A stretch of DNA of 64,000 nucleotides, from assembly GCF_963921235.1 (NCBI RefSeq), contig NC_086097.1, forward strand, positions 39,558,001 through 39,622,000. Reading direction: 5' to 3'. Shown piece after piece: positions 12,390 to 24,639 of the stretch; position 1 is the first letter of the stretch, and each line of letters opens with the position of its first letter. The notes below the pieces were generated by a model that did not search any database, was not told the DNA's origin, and saw only the letters and a program-made list of their open reading frames with translations. The DNA is from Mobula hypostoma. Lineage: Eukaryota. The position numbers were made by a program, and so were the translations under genes.

Positions 12390-12873
12390 TGTCAGGATGC
12401 TGGAGCAGGGATCCAATCACAGAGTGCACACAGTGATATTAATTGAGTAACAAATCCCAAGATGCAAACAAAGTCAGTGTCAAAGTTCAGGCAGAGATCA
12501 AAACATCCAGAGAAATCCAAAAGCCAGATTCGGGAAACAGGCAGAGTCGATATTCAGACGGATAGAGTAGAGATACAAATGCTGGAAACACTCAGGAAAA
12601 TTCACTTGCACAATCTGGCAACAAACAGGTGAAAACACAGGACTGAAATAGACTGAGCAATAAACAGAGAGGCAGCTGATAGGTGGAGCACAATGAGACA
12701 CAGGTGGCAGCAATACAGGTAATAATGAGAAACAGGTGAGAGACAGGGTACTCAGTAATACAGGGGCTGGAGTAGAGCAGGAGTGGCGACAGGAGCACAT
12801 GGCAATACAAAACCACAGACTGACAGCTGGGGGAAACACACAAAAAGACAGAATTCAACTGGAGGTACTGACA
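12390..12873. mobile_element. Solo LTR (484 bp)
   Basis: TGTCAG...CTGACA termini; GGGAAC duplicated at 12384-12389 and 12874-12879. Confidence 0.85.
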
Positions 12874-13179
12874 GGGAACATCCATACAATGTATTAATGT
12901 AGCATTTAGTTGCTATTTCTTTACTGTAATCTTTATTACTTACTATGTTCAAATCTGATGTCATTCTCCACACAATTCTCCTCTCCTACTTGACCTTCAT
13001 AATTACTTTCAAAATATTCTTTTTTCTATGCACTTACCTAATTCCCTTTGGAAAAAGCTTTAAGCCTTTTCTTCAGCTGTTTCTGGCACAGAATTCCAAA
13101 GACTCTCAGAAGCAGCAGTTTTCTGATTTCTCTATTGTCATTGTCATTTTCTTCTTTGGAATTTGGGCATAATCGTATT

Positions 13180-14225
13180 TTTTTAAAGATTAGCTTTATT
13201 TGTCTCATGCACATTGCAACCGGCAGTGAAATGTGTCACTTGTGTCATTCAGATTAGTGCAGATTGTGTTGGGGGCAGCCCACAAGTGTTGCCACGCTTC
13301 CTGTGCCAACATAACATGCCCGCCACTCACTAATCCTAGCGATACTTCTTTAGGAATGTGGGAGGAAACCGGAGCAGCCAGAAGAAACTCACATGGTCAT
13401 GGGGAGGATGTACAAACTCCTTACAGACAACGGCGGGAATCGAACCCAAAACCTCCGGCTGAAAAGCATTGTGGTAATCACTATGCTACGATGCCGCCTA
13501 ATTGGCAGAGCGAGTTCCAAGATTCAGATGCAGAGTTGATGAATGAATGACAATATATTCTCCATAAGACACAGGAGCAGAATTAGGCCATTCCACCCAT
13601 TGAGTATGCTCCGCCATTCCATCATATAACCATATAACAATTACAGCACGGAAACAGGCCATCTTGGCCCTTCTAGCCCGTGCCGAACTCTTGCTCTCAC
13701 CTAGTCCCACTGACCTGCACTCAGCGCATAGCCCTCCATTCCTTTCCTGTCCATATGTCTATCCAATTTAACTTTAAACGGCAACATCGAACCTGCCTCA
13801 ACCACTTCTGCTGGAAGCTCGTTCGACACAGCTACCACTCTCTGAGTAAAGAAGTTCCCCCTCATGTTACCCCTAAACTTTTGCCCTTTAATTCTCAGCT
13901 CATGTCCTCTTGTTTGAATCTCCCCCACTCTCAATGGAAAAAGCCTTTGACAAGGCTGATTCTGGGTCCCAGTCAGCCCCACACATCTGCCTTCTCGCGG
14001 TATCTTTTGATGCCCTGACCAATCAGGAAACGATCAATTTCTGCTTTAAATATATACACAGAATTGGCCTCCACCAGTCTGTGATGGAGCATTGCACAGA
14101 TTTACTGCTCTCTGGCTAAAAAAAAACCCTCCTTACCTCTGTTCTAAAGGGTCGCCCCACAATTTTGAGGCTGTGCCCTCTAGTTCAGGATACCCCCACC
14201 ATAGGAAACATCCTCTCCACATCCC
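13180..14225 (-). mobile_element. tRNA-derived SINE (about 13180-13500) followed by nested CR1 3' fragments (about 13560-14225)
   Basis: gggaggaaaccggagc..acaaactccttacagac..gggaatcgaaccc is the SINE head, repeated at about 17640-17925, 24960-25200 and 37580-37795. ORF 13701-13982 TRGHELRIKG..GNFFTQRVV. Confidence 0.75.
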
Positions 14226-14574
14226 AGATTGGAGATTGCATAATGAGGAGAGTTTGTTAGTAATCTTATCGTAGAGGGTGTTTTAGGGAGGAGTGAACAT
14301 GGGATGAATGAATTCTTCATTGAGATGGAAAGTTCAGTCCAAAACCAGGCCCCAAAATCTTATCACAAGAAAGAAGGAAGGCATAAAGAGTGAGTAGCCT
14401 ACAAAAGAATGAACAGCTTCAATGTCATGCATAGTGTTGTACGCAAACAACAGGAATCCTGCAGATTCTGGAAATTCAAGCAACGCAAATAAAAGTTGCT
14501 GGTGAAAGCAGCAGGCCAGGCAGCATCTCTAGGAAGAGGTGCTGTACAGTCATAGTGTTGTACAGTCAGTGGCC

Positions 14575-17240
14575 AAGAGTCCAATGAACAGGTTGAATTA
14601 AAGGAAATTAGTATCAATATCAGGATCACTGCAGCCATGGAAATAATGGATGGGTTACTTGTCATCTTTCAAAACTCTATAGATCATGGAATAGTTCCTC
14701 TAGGTTGGAAAGTAGCTATTTGAAAAAGGTGGGAGAAAGAAAAAAATGGGCAACTATAGAAAGGTTAGCCAACCTGTGGTGTAGTGGCATCCATACTGGA
14801 CTTCGAGGTGAGGGTCCTGGGTTTGAATCTGGCTGACTTCTTGTGTGTTTTCGGTCCGTACCGGTTTGAATGTCGAGCTAGTAACTCAGCCTCGTAAAAA
14901 ACAGGCAAATACTAAAGAAACGGCAATGTGTGGAAAGGTATTCTATTCTAAAGAAAGGTTAGCCATTACAAAAGGATGCAAGGACAGGACACTTAGAAAA
15001 TATCTATTGGATTAAACAGAGTCACCATTAGGGTGGAAATGCACGTTTTTGGGGATGACTTGTAGAATAGAGAAGGAAGAGCTAGTGGTTATGTTATTTT
15101 GTTTTAGAGGGCCTTTGATAAAGTCCCACCCTCAAGAGAGTTGTTTGAAAATTAAAGCCCATGAGAACTGATGGTAATAGATTGAGATTAATGGAACCGG
15201 CAGAGACTGAGAGTTCTCTGACAGACAGAAAACGGAGAACATGAATAACATGCATTTTGTTCTGATTTTGAGGTGGTAGGTGTTAAGTTGTGTGATGCTG
15301 CAGGAAACTGTGCTTGCCCCCGTGAATTTTCAATCTGTATTCATGAATTAGCTGAGGTAATCTAACAGAATATTTCTTGGTGCTAGGGAAGGGTGTGAGA
15401 GCACTGGAGAGGGTGCAGAGGACATTCACTGGGATAGAGCAGTTCAGTTATGAGGAGAGACTGGAGAACGCTAAGTCAGTTCTCCAAGGTGCAGAGATGA
15501 GTAAGAAGGGATATGACTGAGGCATATAAAATTATGAGAGGTATAGATAGGGTAGCCTGTTTTTTACTCATGTCAGAAGTAGATCAAACTAGAGGTCGTA
15601 GATTTAGGGTATGGAGGAAGAAAGTTAAAGGAATTTCAGTGTGACATTCTTCACCCAGAGAGTGCTGTGTAGCTGTCTACCTGAAAGAGTGATTGAAACT
15701 GGATTGAAACACCTAGATGATCATCTACAAACTGTAGACTGGAGCTGCCTAGGTGTGAAGGGAAATGGACCAAGTGTTGGGAGATGGGGTTAGTATGGAA
15801 GAATGTCCACTGGTCTGTATGGAAGAGTTAGGCTGTATAATTCCATGACTATACTATGACTCTGAGCCTGCTGATGACAAAAGAATTAATGGAGTTGTGA
15901 GGAGAATGCTGAGACAGATATATGCAAATATACTGTAAGATGGATAAATGTGGTCATCTATTTTCATAGCAAAAACCCCTCAGAAAAGCAGAGTATTATT
16001 TAAATGGTGATAGATTGGTAATGTTGATGTACAAGGGCGTTGAATATCTTTGTAAATTGCTTACTGAAAGCAATCATATAAGTGCAGTCAGCAGCATTGA
16101 AGGCTAATGATATATTAGTCTTCATTGCAAGGGGATTTGAGTACAGGAGAAAAGATGCCTCAGTACAATTATACGGGGGCCTGGTGCGATAGCATCTGGT
16201 TCATATATCATTTTGTCTCCTTTCCGAACAAAGGATATACTTGCCATAGAGATAATGTGAAAAAGGTTCACCAAACTGATTCCATATTGTGCGGCCGTAT
16301 CGGGAGAGATTGGATTGACTAAGCTTGTGTTCATTAGGATTTTAAAAAATGAGATGAGAAATTCAAATAGGCTTGATGGGCTGGATTCTAGAAGTCTGAA
16401 ACCAGGAGTCACAGTCTCAGGATATGGAGTAAGATATTTAGCACTGAAATAAGGCGAGCTGTTCAGTGAGAAGGTGGCGTTCCATGAAATTCGCTGTGAA
16501 AGGAGCCAGGAAGACCAAATTAATGTATTTAAAAAATTGCAGATTTCAAAACACACAAACATCAAGGAAATGGAGGGAGAACAGGATCAGCTATGGTTAT
16601 ATTCAATGCCTCAAAGAGATGGCTAGCCAGTTTCTGTTCCTATTTTCCAGTATTCCTCTGGGTGTTGTGACCAGGGGGAAAAACCTCCAGCGGGTGGTGT
16701 CCCAATGTACCACCTGCCTTTGTCCTCATTGGTGGCAGATGTTGCCTAGAACCAGATGTCACTGGTCATTCAGAACAGAGATGAGAAGAAGGTTATTCAC
16801 CCAGAGAGTGACAAATCCTTGCAATTCTCTACCTGAGAGGGCTGCTCCAAAGAGTGCTTTATGATGTCATTCTTACCCTCAGCCATTAGGCTCTATAATG
16901 AGTCAACCTACCGCCCGGGAAGTAATGATGACTTCACCCCCCCCCCTCCCCGTTAGACTGTTTGTGGTTATTCTTTCTACTTCTCTTCTAATATTTGTAT
17001 CTGTGCACTTGTGATGCTACTGTGACACTGTAATTTCCTTTGGGATCAATAAAGTATCTATCTATCTATCATCTATGGAGTCTCAGGATATTCAAGACAG
17101 AGATTGATAGATACTTAATTATGAAGAGAATTAAACAATAAGGGATTAGTGCAGGAACATGATCTGAGGTAAAGGGTCATCTATGATTGTATGGAATGCT
17201 GGAACAGACATCCATCTTATGCTTTTTTAATGTTATGTTT
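14575..17240 (+). mobile_element. Mosaic of old CR1 fragments with nested SINE and a LINE 3' tail
   Basis: Degenerate CR1 RT motifs (atctttcaaaactctatagat, gggcaactataga, gcctttgataaagtccc, ttcacccagagagtg). aataaagtatctatctatc tail at about 17048. Confidence 0.7.
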
Positions 17241-17254
17241 TTCTTCCTTGTCAG

Positions 17255-18395
17255 CAATGTGACTGTTTTGTGCCTGAGAAGTGTTTGTTGTGTATGCCAA
17301 TTTCAAACTTTGATGCCTTTTATAGTTTTCTTCCTGGTGATGACAGTTTCATCAATCTGCCTGCAAGAATGCAAGGTGGGTGTTAATATACTTAAAATAA
17401 TGCATACCCATGAATAAGGCCAAGGGATAGGTAGACTGGAGCATCAGGGCAGAAGCCCCTGCAATTTGATGGATGTGTTAGTAGACAATTATAAACAAGA
17501 AAGAAGGATTTAAAGGATTCTGCAGCTATCAATGTTTCACCAATGAGTAGGGAACATTCACATTTCTAGTGCACCACAGTAGGTCCTCAAGGGATCTATG
17601 ATAATCTGTAAGGTGTAATCTAAAATATTTGATATGTATTCATTTACTTATTGAGATTCAACATGGAATAGGCCCTTCCAGCCCTTTGAGCCGCACTGCC
17701 CAGCAAACACTGATTTAACCCTAGCCTAATCACAGGACGATTTACAATGACCGATTAACCTACCAAACAGTACGGCTTTGGGACGTGGGAGAAACTGGAG
17801 CATCCGGAAGAAACCCATGTGGTCACGGGGAGAAAGTACACACTCCTTACAGACAGCGGTGGGAATTGAACCCTGGTCGCTGGTACTGTAAAGTGTTGTG
17901 CTAACCACTATGATACCTAGCCACCTGAATTTATTTGGTAATTGAACCCACAAATCCTGTTGAAAGTGTACAGTACTTGATAAACGACTACTGTACATTG
18001 AGGAGCCTAGAGGCAAAGCATGAGTGTAATGAGTATGTTCATTATGATTTCTTTCAGCAGAGGTAGTATTTACAGTTTTTCCACTAATGTTATGCAGTGG
18101 GAGTAATCTTATTGAGCTCATTTTCCTGTCAAAGGGATTCAGCAATTAAAAATAGTGGATGCAAAATCCCTCAAAAGTGTAGTGATTTCTATACCTAAAT
18201 TTTTGGCTCCATCTGGTGCAGATGAGGTTCTGTGGTCCTTTGTATCTTTAGGTCATTTTGAATTTATGCTAATTATGCTAGGATATATAAGTGTTTGTCT
18301 TACAGTCTTAGTCATGAGCACGAAACGGGGCCTTCAGCCTACCATGTCTATATTGACCTGTTTTGCCTTTCTAAACTAATTCTATATGAAACACT
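17255..18395 (+). pseudogene. Collagen relic blocks (17255-17607 and about 17930-18395) separated by a SINE
   Basis: FLP GDD SFI NLP ARM; GAS GQK; 17506 GFK GFC SYQ CFT NE* GTF; 17582 GPQ GIY DN|gtaagg. 18206-18268 APS GAD EVL WSF VSL GHF EFM (7 of 7). SHE HET GPS AYH VYI DLF CLS. Confidence 0.85.
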
Positions 18396-19280
18396 GTGGC
18401 AAGAAAGCAGCATCCATCATCAGGGACCCCCACCACCCAGAATAAGCTCTCTTCTTGCTAATGACATCAGGAGGAATGTACAGGAGCCTCAAGACTCACA
18501 CCACCAGGTACCAGGTTCAGCAACACTTACTACCCCTCAGCCATCAGGCTCTTGAACCAGAGGATAATATCACTCAACTTCACTTGCTCTATCATTGAAA
18601 TGTTCTCACAGCCTTTTAAGGACTTTTCATCTCATGTTCTCAATATTTATTGCTTATTTATTTATTATTATTTCTTTCTTTTTGTATTTGCACAATTTGT
18701 TGTCTTGTGCACTCTGGTTGAACACCCAAGTTAAACATAGAAACATAGAAAATAGGTGCAGGAGTAGGCCATTCGGCCCTTCGAGCCTGCACCGCCGCTC
18801 TGTATGATCATGGCTGATCATCCAACTCAGAACCCTGTACCTGCCTTCTCTCCATATCCCCTGATCCCTTTAGCCACAAGGGCCATATCTAACTCCCTCT
18901 TAAATATAGCCAATGAACTGGGCTCAACTGTTTCCTGTGGCAGAGAATTCCACAGATTCACCACTCTCTGTGTGAAGAAGTTTTTCCTCATCTCGGTCCT
19001 AAAAGGCTTCCCCTTTATCCTCAAGCTGTGAGCCCTCATTCTGAACTTCCCCAACATCGGGAACAATCTTCCTACATCCAGCCTGTCCAATGCCTTTAGA
19101 ATTTTATACGTTTCAATAAGATCCCCCCTCAATCTTCTAAATTCCAGAGAATTGGGGCAGTATTTCATTGATTCTGTTATGGATATTATTCTATATTGAG
19201 TATGCTTAGAAGAAAATAAATCTCAGGGTTCTATATGATGACATATATGTATTTTGATAATAAATTTACTTCGAACTTTG
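18395..19280 (+). mobile_element. Rex1/Babar-type LINE 3' end with a CR1 3' fragment (minus, about 18733-19150) nested in it
   Basis: KAASIIRDPHHP-like relic and gataataaatttact tail. ORF 18827-19168 (-) SLEFRRLRGDLIETYKIL..RKNFFTQRVVNLWNSLP. Confidence 0.8.
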
Positions 19281-19579
19281 TACACTAAGACCATATCCTT
19301 CTTTGTCTTGCCTGTTTAAGTATCTGCCTAAATGTCTTTTAATTGCAGGTTTCTTTTTATCAGATTCCACACCAACTCTGGTAGTGAGTTTCAGATATCA
19401 AACAGTCTGTAATAGCAGCCCCCCCCCTTGCATCCCCTTTCAAACTCTAATCTTCCACCCTAAAGCTACCCCTCTTGTTTGTGATAGCCCTTCTTGGAAA
19501 TAAAATGATCCTGGCTATCTATCCTATTTATGCCTCTCATAAGTCTTGTACACTTCCATCAGTTCACCAATCAGCTTCC

Positions 19580-20460
19580 TATGCATATAGGAGGAAGTTT
19601 GAAATCTGGCTGAATGGTAACACAACAACAACCTCTCACTCACTGTTAGCAAAACCATTGCACTGATTATTGACTACAGGAGGACTAAACTGGAGGTCCA
19701 TGAGCTAATCCTCATCAGGGGAACAGAGGTGGAGAGGGTCAGCAACTTTAAATTCCTTGGGTTATCATTTCAGAGGATCTGTCTTGGGTCCAACAGGTAA
19801 ATGCCATTTCAAAGAAAGCATGGCAGCACCTCTACTTCCTTAGAAGTTTGTGAAGATTCGGCATGTCATCTAAAACTTTGACTAACTTATGTAGATGCAC
19901 GGTGTGGAGTATACTGACTGGTTGCATCATGGTCTGGTATGGAAATACAAATGCCCTTGAATGGAAAAGCCTACAAAAAGTAGTGGATACAGTTCATTCC
20001 ATCACAGGCAACACCCTCCCCACCACTGAGTACGTCTACAAGGAGCAGAGTCGCAGGAAAGCAGTGTCTATCATCAAGAACCTCTATCATCCAGGTCATG
20101 CTCTCTTCTCGCTGTTGCCATCAGGAAGGAGGTACAGGAGCCTCAGGTCTCACACCACCAGATTCAGGAAGAGTTACTTCCCCTCAGCCATTAGGCTCTT
20201 GAACCGAAGGGAATAACTTTACTCACTTTGATACAAACTATGGGCTAACTTCCAAGGACTCTTCTTCTTATTATTATTAATGTTGTTATTTTTTCTTTTT
20301 ATATTTGCACAGTTTGCAGTCTTTTGCACATTGGTTGTTTGACTTGTGTGCAGTTTTTCATTGCTTCTGTTGTATTTTACTGTGAATGCCTACAAGAAAA
20401 CATATCTCAGGATAGTAGGTATATGGTGACATATATCCACTTTGAGAATAAATTTACTTT
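19580..20460 (+). mobile_element. Rex1/Babar-type LINE, 3' part
   Basis: ORF 19863-20216 SILTGCIMVWYGN..LQKVV..HPGHALFSLLPSGRRYRSLRSHTTRFRKSYFPSAIRLLN, with aataaatttacttt tail. Related tails at about 22270-22605, 25460-25755 (-) and 27170-27490. Confidence 0.85.
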
Positions 20461-20851
20461 TCAAATCTTACTTCGGGGAAAACATGCCCCGTGAAATCCA
20501 ATCTCTCCCCATAACATGTCAATTCCAGTAATTCCAGTAATTCCAGTAACACCCTGCTGGATATCCTTTGCACCCTCCCCAGTGCAATCACATTTTTCCT
20601 ATAGCGTAACAACATTCCAAGTAAGGTCTGACTTTAGAATACAGGCATGTTCTTTTGATCTGTATTATCACTTTCAGGGAACTATGGACTTGAACCACTG
20701 GTTCTCTCTGCAGGCATTATGTGGTGGCCTACCACTTTCTATATACTGTATGTCCTGTATCTAATTGACTTCCCAACGTGCATTGCCTTGCACTTGCTGG
20801 AAGTAAGTTCCATCTGCCAGTGGTCCACCCATTGTTCCATCTAATCTGTAG

Positions 20852-21730
20852 TTTTACATACCCTGTGGGTATCTTGTGACTGTCTTATAACCGTGATGTA
20901 ATTGACTGTCTTATGAGCATGATGTAATGGTCTTATGGAGGTTTCATGATGTATTTTTCCTGCCAGTGTGAGGTCATGTGACGACAGGTTCTCAACAGGT
21001 ATATAAAGGGAAACCCTGTTGTGACGCAGTTAGTTTTCAGTTTAGTTTTGTGTTAGTTCGTCAGTTACTCCGTTATACTACGTATTTGTCTCATGACGCA
21101 GTTTCGTTTTAAAACAGAGTTTTCCTTTCTATTTTAGGGTGCAAAGACCGGTGCTGGCAGTTTCACCAATTGCTGCCAGTTTTGTGTGTTGCATCTATAA
21201 TTTTTACTTTACAGTCCAGGATTGGAGAGTGAAGAAAGAAGTGAATAAAGTTGGAGTTGTTTGGCGGTTTTATAAAGGATCAACCTTATTGAGTCTTCGT
21301 TCAGAAATAGTGACAGGCATCTGAGATACTCCTGCAAGAGCAGGGAAGTTTATGCTGTGTTCACTAGCTACAAAAAGGTCAGTTCCTTTAAGCTGTTTTA
21401 TTTCCTTCGTCGTGAATCCTTTGGAGAATCAGCAGTAATGTCACATCTTCGAAGAAATCCGTTTCCAGAGAAGTCTCTCCTTATTGACTGTGTAAATCAT
21501 TTGGACTTTCAAATTTACCATTTTAAGACTGTTCGAATTTACCACTTTAAGAACTGTTTTCCAATTTACCTTTTTAAGAACTGTTCCAGAGTTGCTGTAT
21601 AGCAGTTAACTTCTGGTTAAGTTAGATGTTTGAATACTTTTCGCTATTGTTGAGCAGAGTTTAATAAATGTTTATGTTTGTTTATAAAACTTGACTAAAT
21701 TCTATATTCATTGTTGCTGATGCCGTAACG
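20852..21730 (+). mobile_element. Solo LTR (879 bp) inserted in an old minus-strand CR1 fragment
   Basis: GTAG duplicated at 20848-20851 and 21731-21734. Termini TTTTAC..GTAACG are decayed TGTTAC..GTAACA. TATAAA at about 21002, AATAAA at about 21663. Confidence 0.75.
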
Positions 21731-21896
21731 GTAGCTTCTGGATAACCTTTCTACCTACCCACAACACAACCAATTGTTCTGCCATTCGAAAACTTACTAA
21801 CTATACCTCCTTCATTTACATCTAAGTCTTTTAAAAAATGAAACACATAGAAAAAATTAATTTAAAAAATTGTATATTCTATTGCCCCTTCTACAG

Positions 21897-23380
21897 TATA
21901 AATGAGGGCTAGCATATCAGTAAGAACTATCTACCAAGAGGTATGATTTTTGATGCATTGTTGTACCAGCTCCTCAAATCCCTTGGTAGCAATGTAGCAA
22001 AGATCTTGAAGCACATTAGGTGCTTGGTGCGAAGCTAGTGGCTTCAGGCCACTGATATTTGTTAAGTTTTATATATCAGAACTTAGAGAACTTTTCTCCA
22101 AGTTCTGTTACATAAAATCAGAATTTTTTTATATTCTAAGGAACTAAAATATAGTGAGACTTGACCCAGGATAAAAGTGGTGTATGAAAAATGATTTGGT
22201 TTGATTGTTTGAATAAAAGGATATTGATAAACAACATTTAATATTTTAGACACATTGAGTATCTTGGTAGGTTATCTGTCAAACTTCCACCTCCTCTGAC
22301 ATCCAATTATGTGGCCTACAATTACCCTACAGCCATAAGGCTCCTGAAGTGGCGTGGATAACTTCACTCCCTACAACACGGAACTGATTCCATAACCTCC
22401 AGGCTCACCTTCAAGGACTCTACAACTCATGTTCTCATATCTTATTTTTTTAATTGCACAATTTGTCTTCTTTTGCACATTGGTTGTTTGTCACGCTTTG
22501 CTTATGTATAGTTTCACATAATTCTATTGTATTTCTTTATTTTCTTGTAAATGCCTCCAAGAAAATAAGTCCCAAGGTACTATATGTAGTTTGACTTTGA
22601 CTTTAAACATTCTGGATCTCTGGTGCTCCCGAAGTGTTGAACTAGGGTATTTGACCATAGGTTTAGTTCTCGTTAACCCTTTCTCATGTCCGTGACCTAT
22701 GTCAATACCCCTCGTGACCTGCAATGGCAGAGGTAGTGAGAAAAAGGCTTTTCTTTGTACAAACTTCATTTTCTCATGATCAAGCACCTTGAACTTTCTG
22801 CAAAATAGAATTTTGTTGAGAAGTTCCTTGTACATGCTTTCACATGCATTTTTATCACAGTGGTATCTTTAGCTCATTATTTGGGTCATTGATGTTTGTG
22901 GGAGTGAGTACAAACATTGATGGCCATATCTACTAAATTGTAACAGTAACAGGGTTATGTAAAAATGAGCTTCTTTATTGATTCCATGTCTAGGCATGTC
23001 TACATCTCCAAGTAAATCTGCAAACTAACTTGCCTAATGCAATCTCAACAGTTTAAATAGGACAGTGTGGCACAGAGAAATGTGTCTTTTAGTAGGAGCA
23101 ACAGAGCAGTTAAACAATGGACAGTTAATAATATGTAATGAAGTTGCTTCTTTAGCTGCTGAATAGATTCTGGGGAAATGGTAATTGGATTTTCATTTAA
23201 AAGCCATTATATTTTTTTTCTTCAAAGTATTGATAGCCAGGGCTTCCTATCAGGTATGTATGATACTACATTTGGTTCTTAGTGTCGATGTTTTGGGAAG
23301 TTGATACCAAGCAGGGATAAAATTAAACATCATGAACCTGCAGGAAGACAATAAAGTCTCAGGCGTGGATTATGTTGCTC
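21897..23380 (+). pseudogene. Collagen relic blocks (about 21897-22270, 22610-22830, 22950-23380)
   Basis: SKN YLP; VP APQ IP GSN VAK ILK; GAP; GMS TSP SKS; GQC GTE; FLQ SID SQG FLS GMY DTT; EPA GRQ. Confidence 0.7.
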
Positions 23381-23464
23381 ATAAACGCAAGAGATTCTTC
23401 AGATAGGTATTGGAATTCCAGAATAACACATTCTGAAAGAACTCAGTAGGCCAGGCAGCATGTT

Positions 23465-23735
23465 CACAACTTCTACCAACTTCAATAGGATCCTACCACC
23501 AAGCACATCTTTACCTCCCTCCACTCTCTGCTTTGTGCAGTGATTGCTCTTCCCATGATTCCCTTATCCATTCATTCCTCCACACTAATCTCCCTCCTGG
23601 CACCTATCCCTACAAGCGGAAGAAGTGCTACACCTGCCCATTCACTTCCTCCCTTATCTCCATTCAGGGCACCAAACTGAAGTTCCAGGTGAGGCAACAC
23701 TTCACCTGAAAATTTGTTGGGATCATCTACTGCAC
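23465..23735 (+). mobile_element. Penelope-like element fragment (GIY-YIG region)
   Basis: Reads PGTYPYKRKKCYTCPFTSSLISIQGTKLKFQVRQHFT*KFVGIIYC, typical of the Penelope linker and GIY-YIG start. Confidence 0.75.
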
Positions 23736-23862
23736 GAGAGGAGAGTGGACCATGGTCGTTTCCATCGATGCTGCCTGACCTGCTGAGTTCCTCCAGCACT
23801 TTGTGTGTGTTACTCTGAATTTCCAGCATTTTCTGATATCAGAGGAATCGAGGGATAATACG

Positions 23863-24596
23863 AATAGAATAGAACATAGAATGATACAGCACATTACAGG
23901 CCCTTCGGCCCACAATGTTCTGCCGACCCTCAAACCTTGCCTCCCATATAATCCCCCACCTTTAATTCCTCCATATACCTGTCTAGTAGTCTCTTAAACT
24001 TTTCACTAGTGTATCTGCCTCCACCACTGACTCAGGCAGTGCATTCCACGCACCAAGCACTCTCTGCGTAAAAAACCTTCCTCTAATATCTCCCTTGAAC
24101 TTCCCACCCCTTACCTTAAAGCTATGTCCTTTTGTATTGAGCAGTGGTGCCCTGGGGAAGAGGCGCTGGCTATCCACTCTTATCTATTCCTCTTATTATC
24201 TTGTATACCTCTATCATGTCTTCTCTCATCCTCCTTCTCTCCAAAGAGTAAAGCCCTAGCTCCCTTAATCTCTGATCATAATGCATACTTTCTAAACCAG
24301 GCAGCATCCTGGTAAATCTCCTCTGTAGCCTTTCCAATGCTTCCACATCCTTCCTATAGTGAGGTGACCAGAACTGGACACAGTACTCCAAGTGTGGCCT
24401 AACCAGAGTTTTATAGGGCTGCATCATTACATCACGACTCTTGAACTCTATCCCTTGACTTATGAAAGCTAACACCCCATAAGCTTTCTTAACTACCTTA
24501 TCCACCTGTGAGGCAACTTTCAGGGATCTGTGGACATGTACCCCCAGATCCCTCTGCTCCTCCACACTACCAAATATCCTGCCATTTACTTTGTAG
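23863..24596 (-). mobile_element. CR1 3' fragment flanked by a 73-bp direct duplication
   Basis: ORF 24170-24832 YKTLVRPHLEYCVQFWSPHYRKDVEALER..SLERRR. 23800-23872 is repeated at 24606-24678 with 2 mismatches. Confidence 0.9.
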
Positions 24597-24639
24597 GAAG
24601 ATGATTTTGTGTGTGTTACTCTGAATTTCCAGCATTTTC

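Noticed and set aside
20519..20554. (AATTCCAGT)3 9-bp repeat reading VIP VIP as collagen
   Set aside because: It lies within a minus-strand CR1 relic and looks like local slippage.
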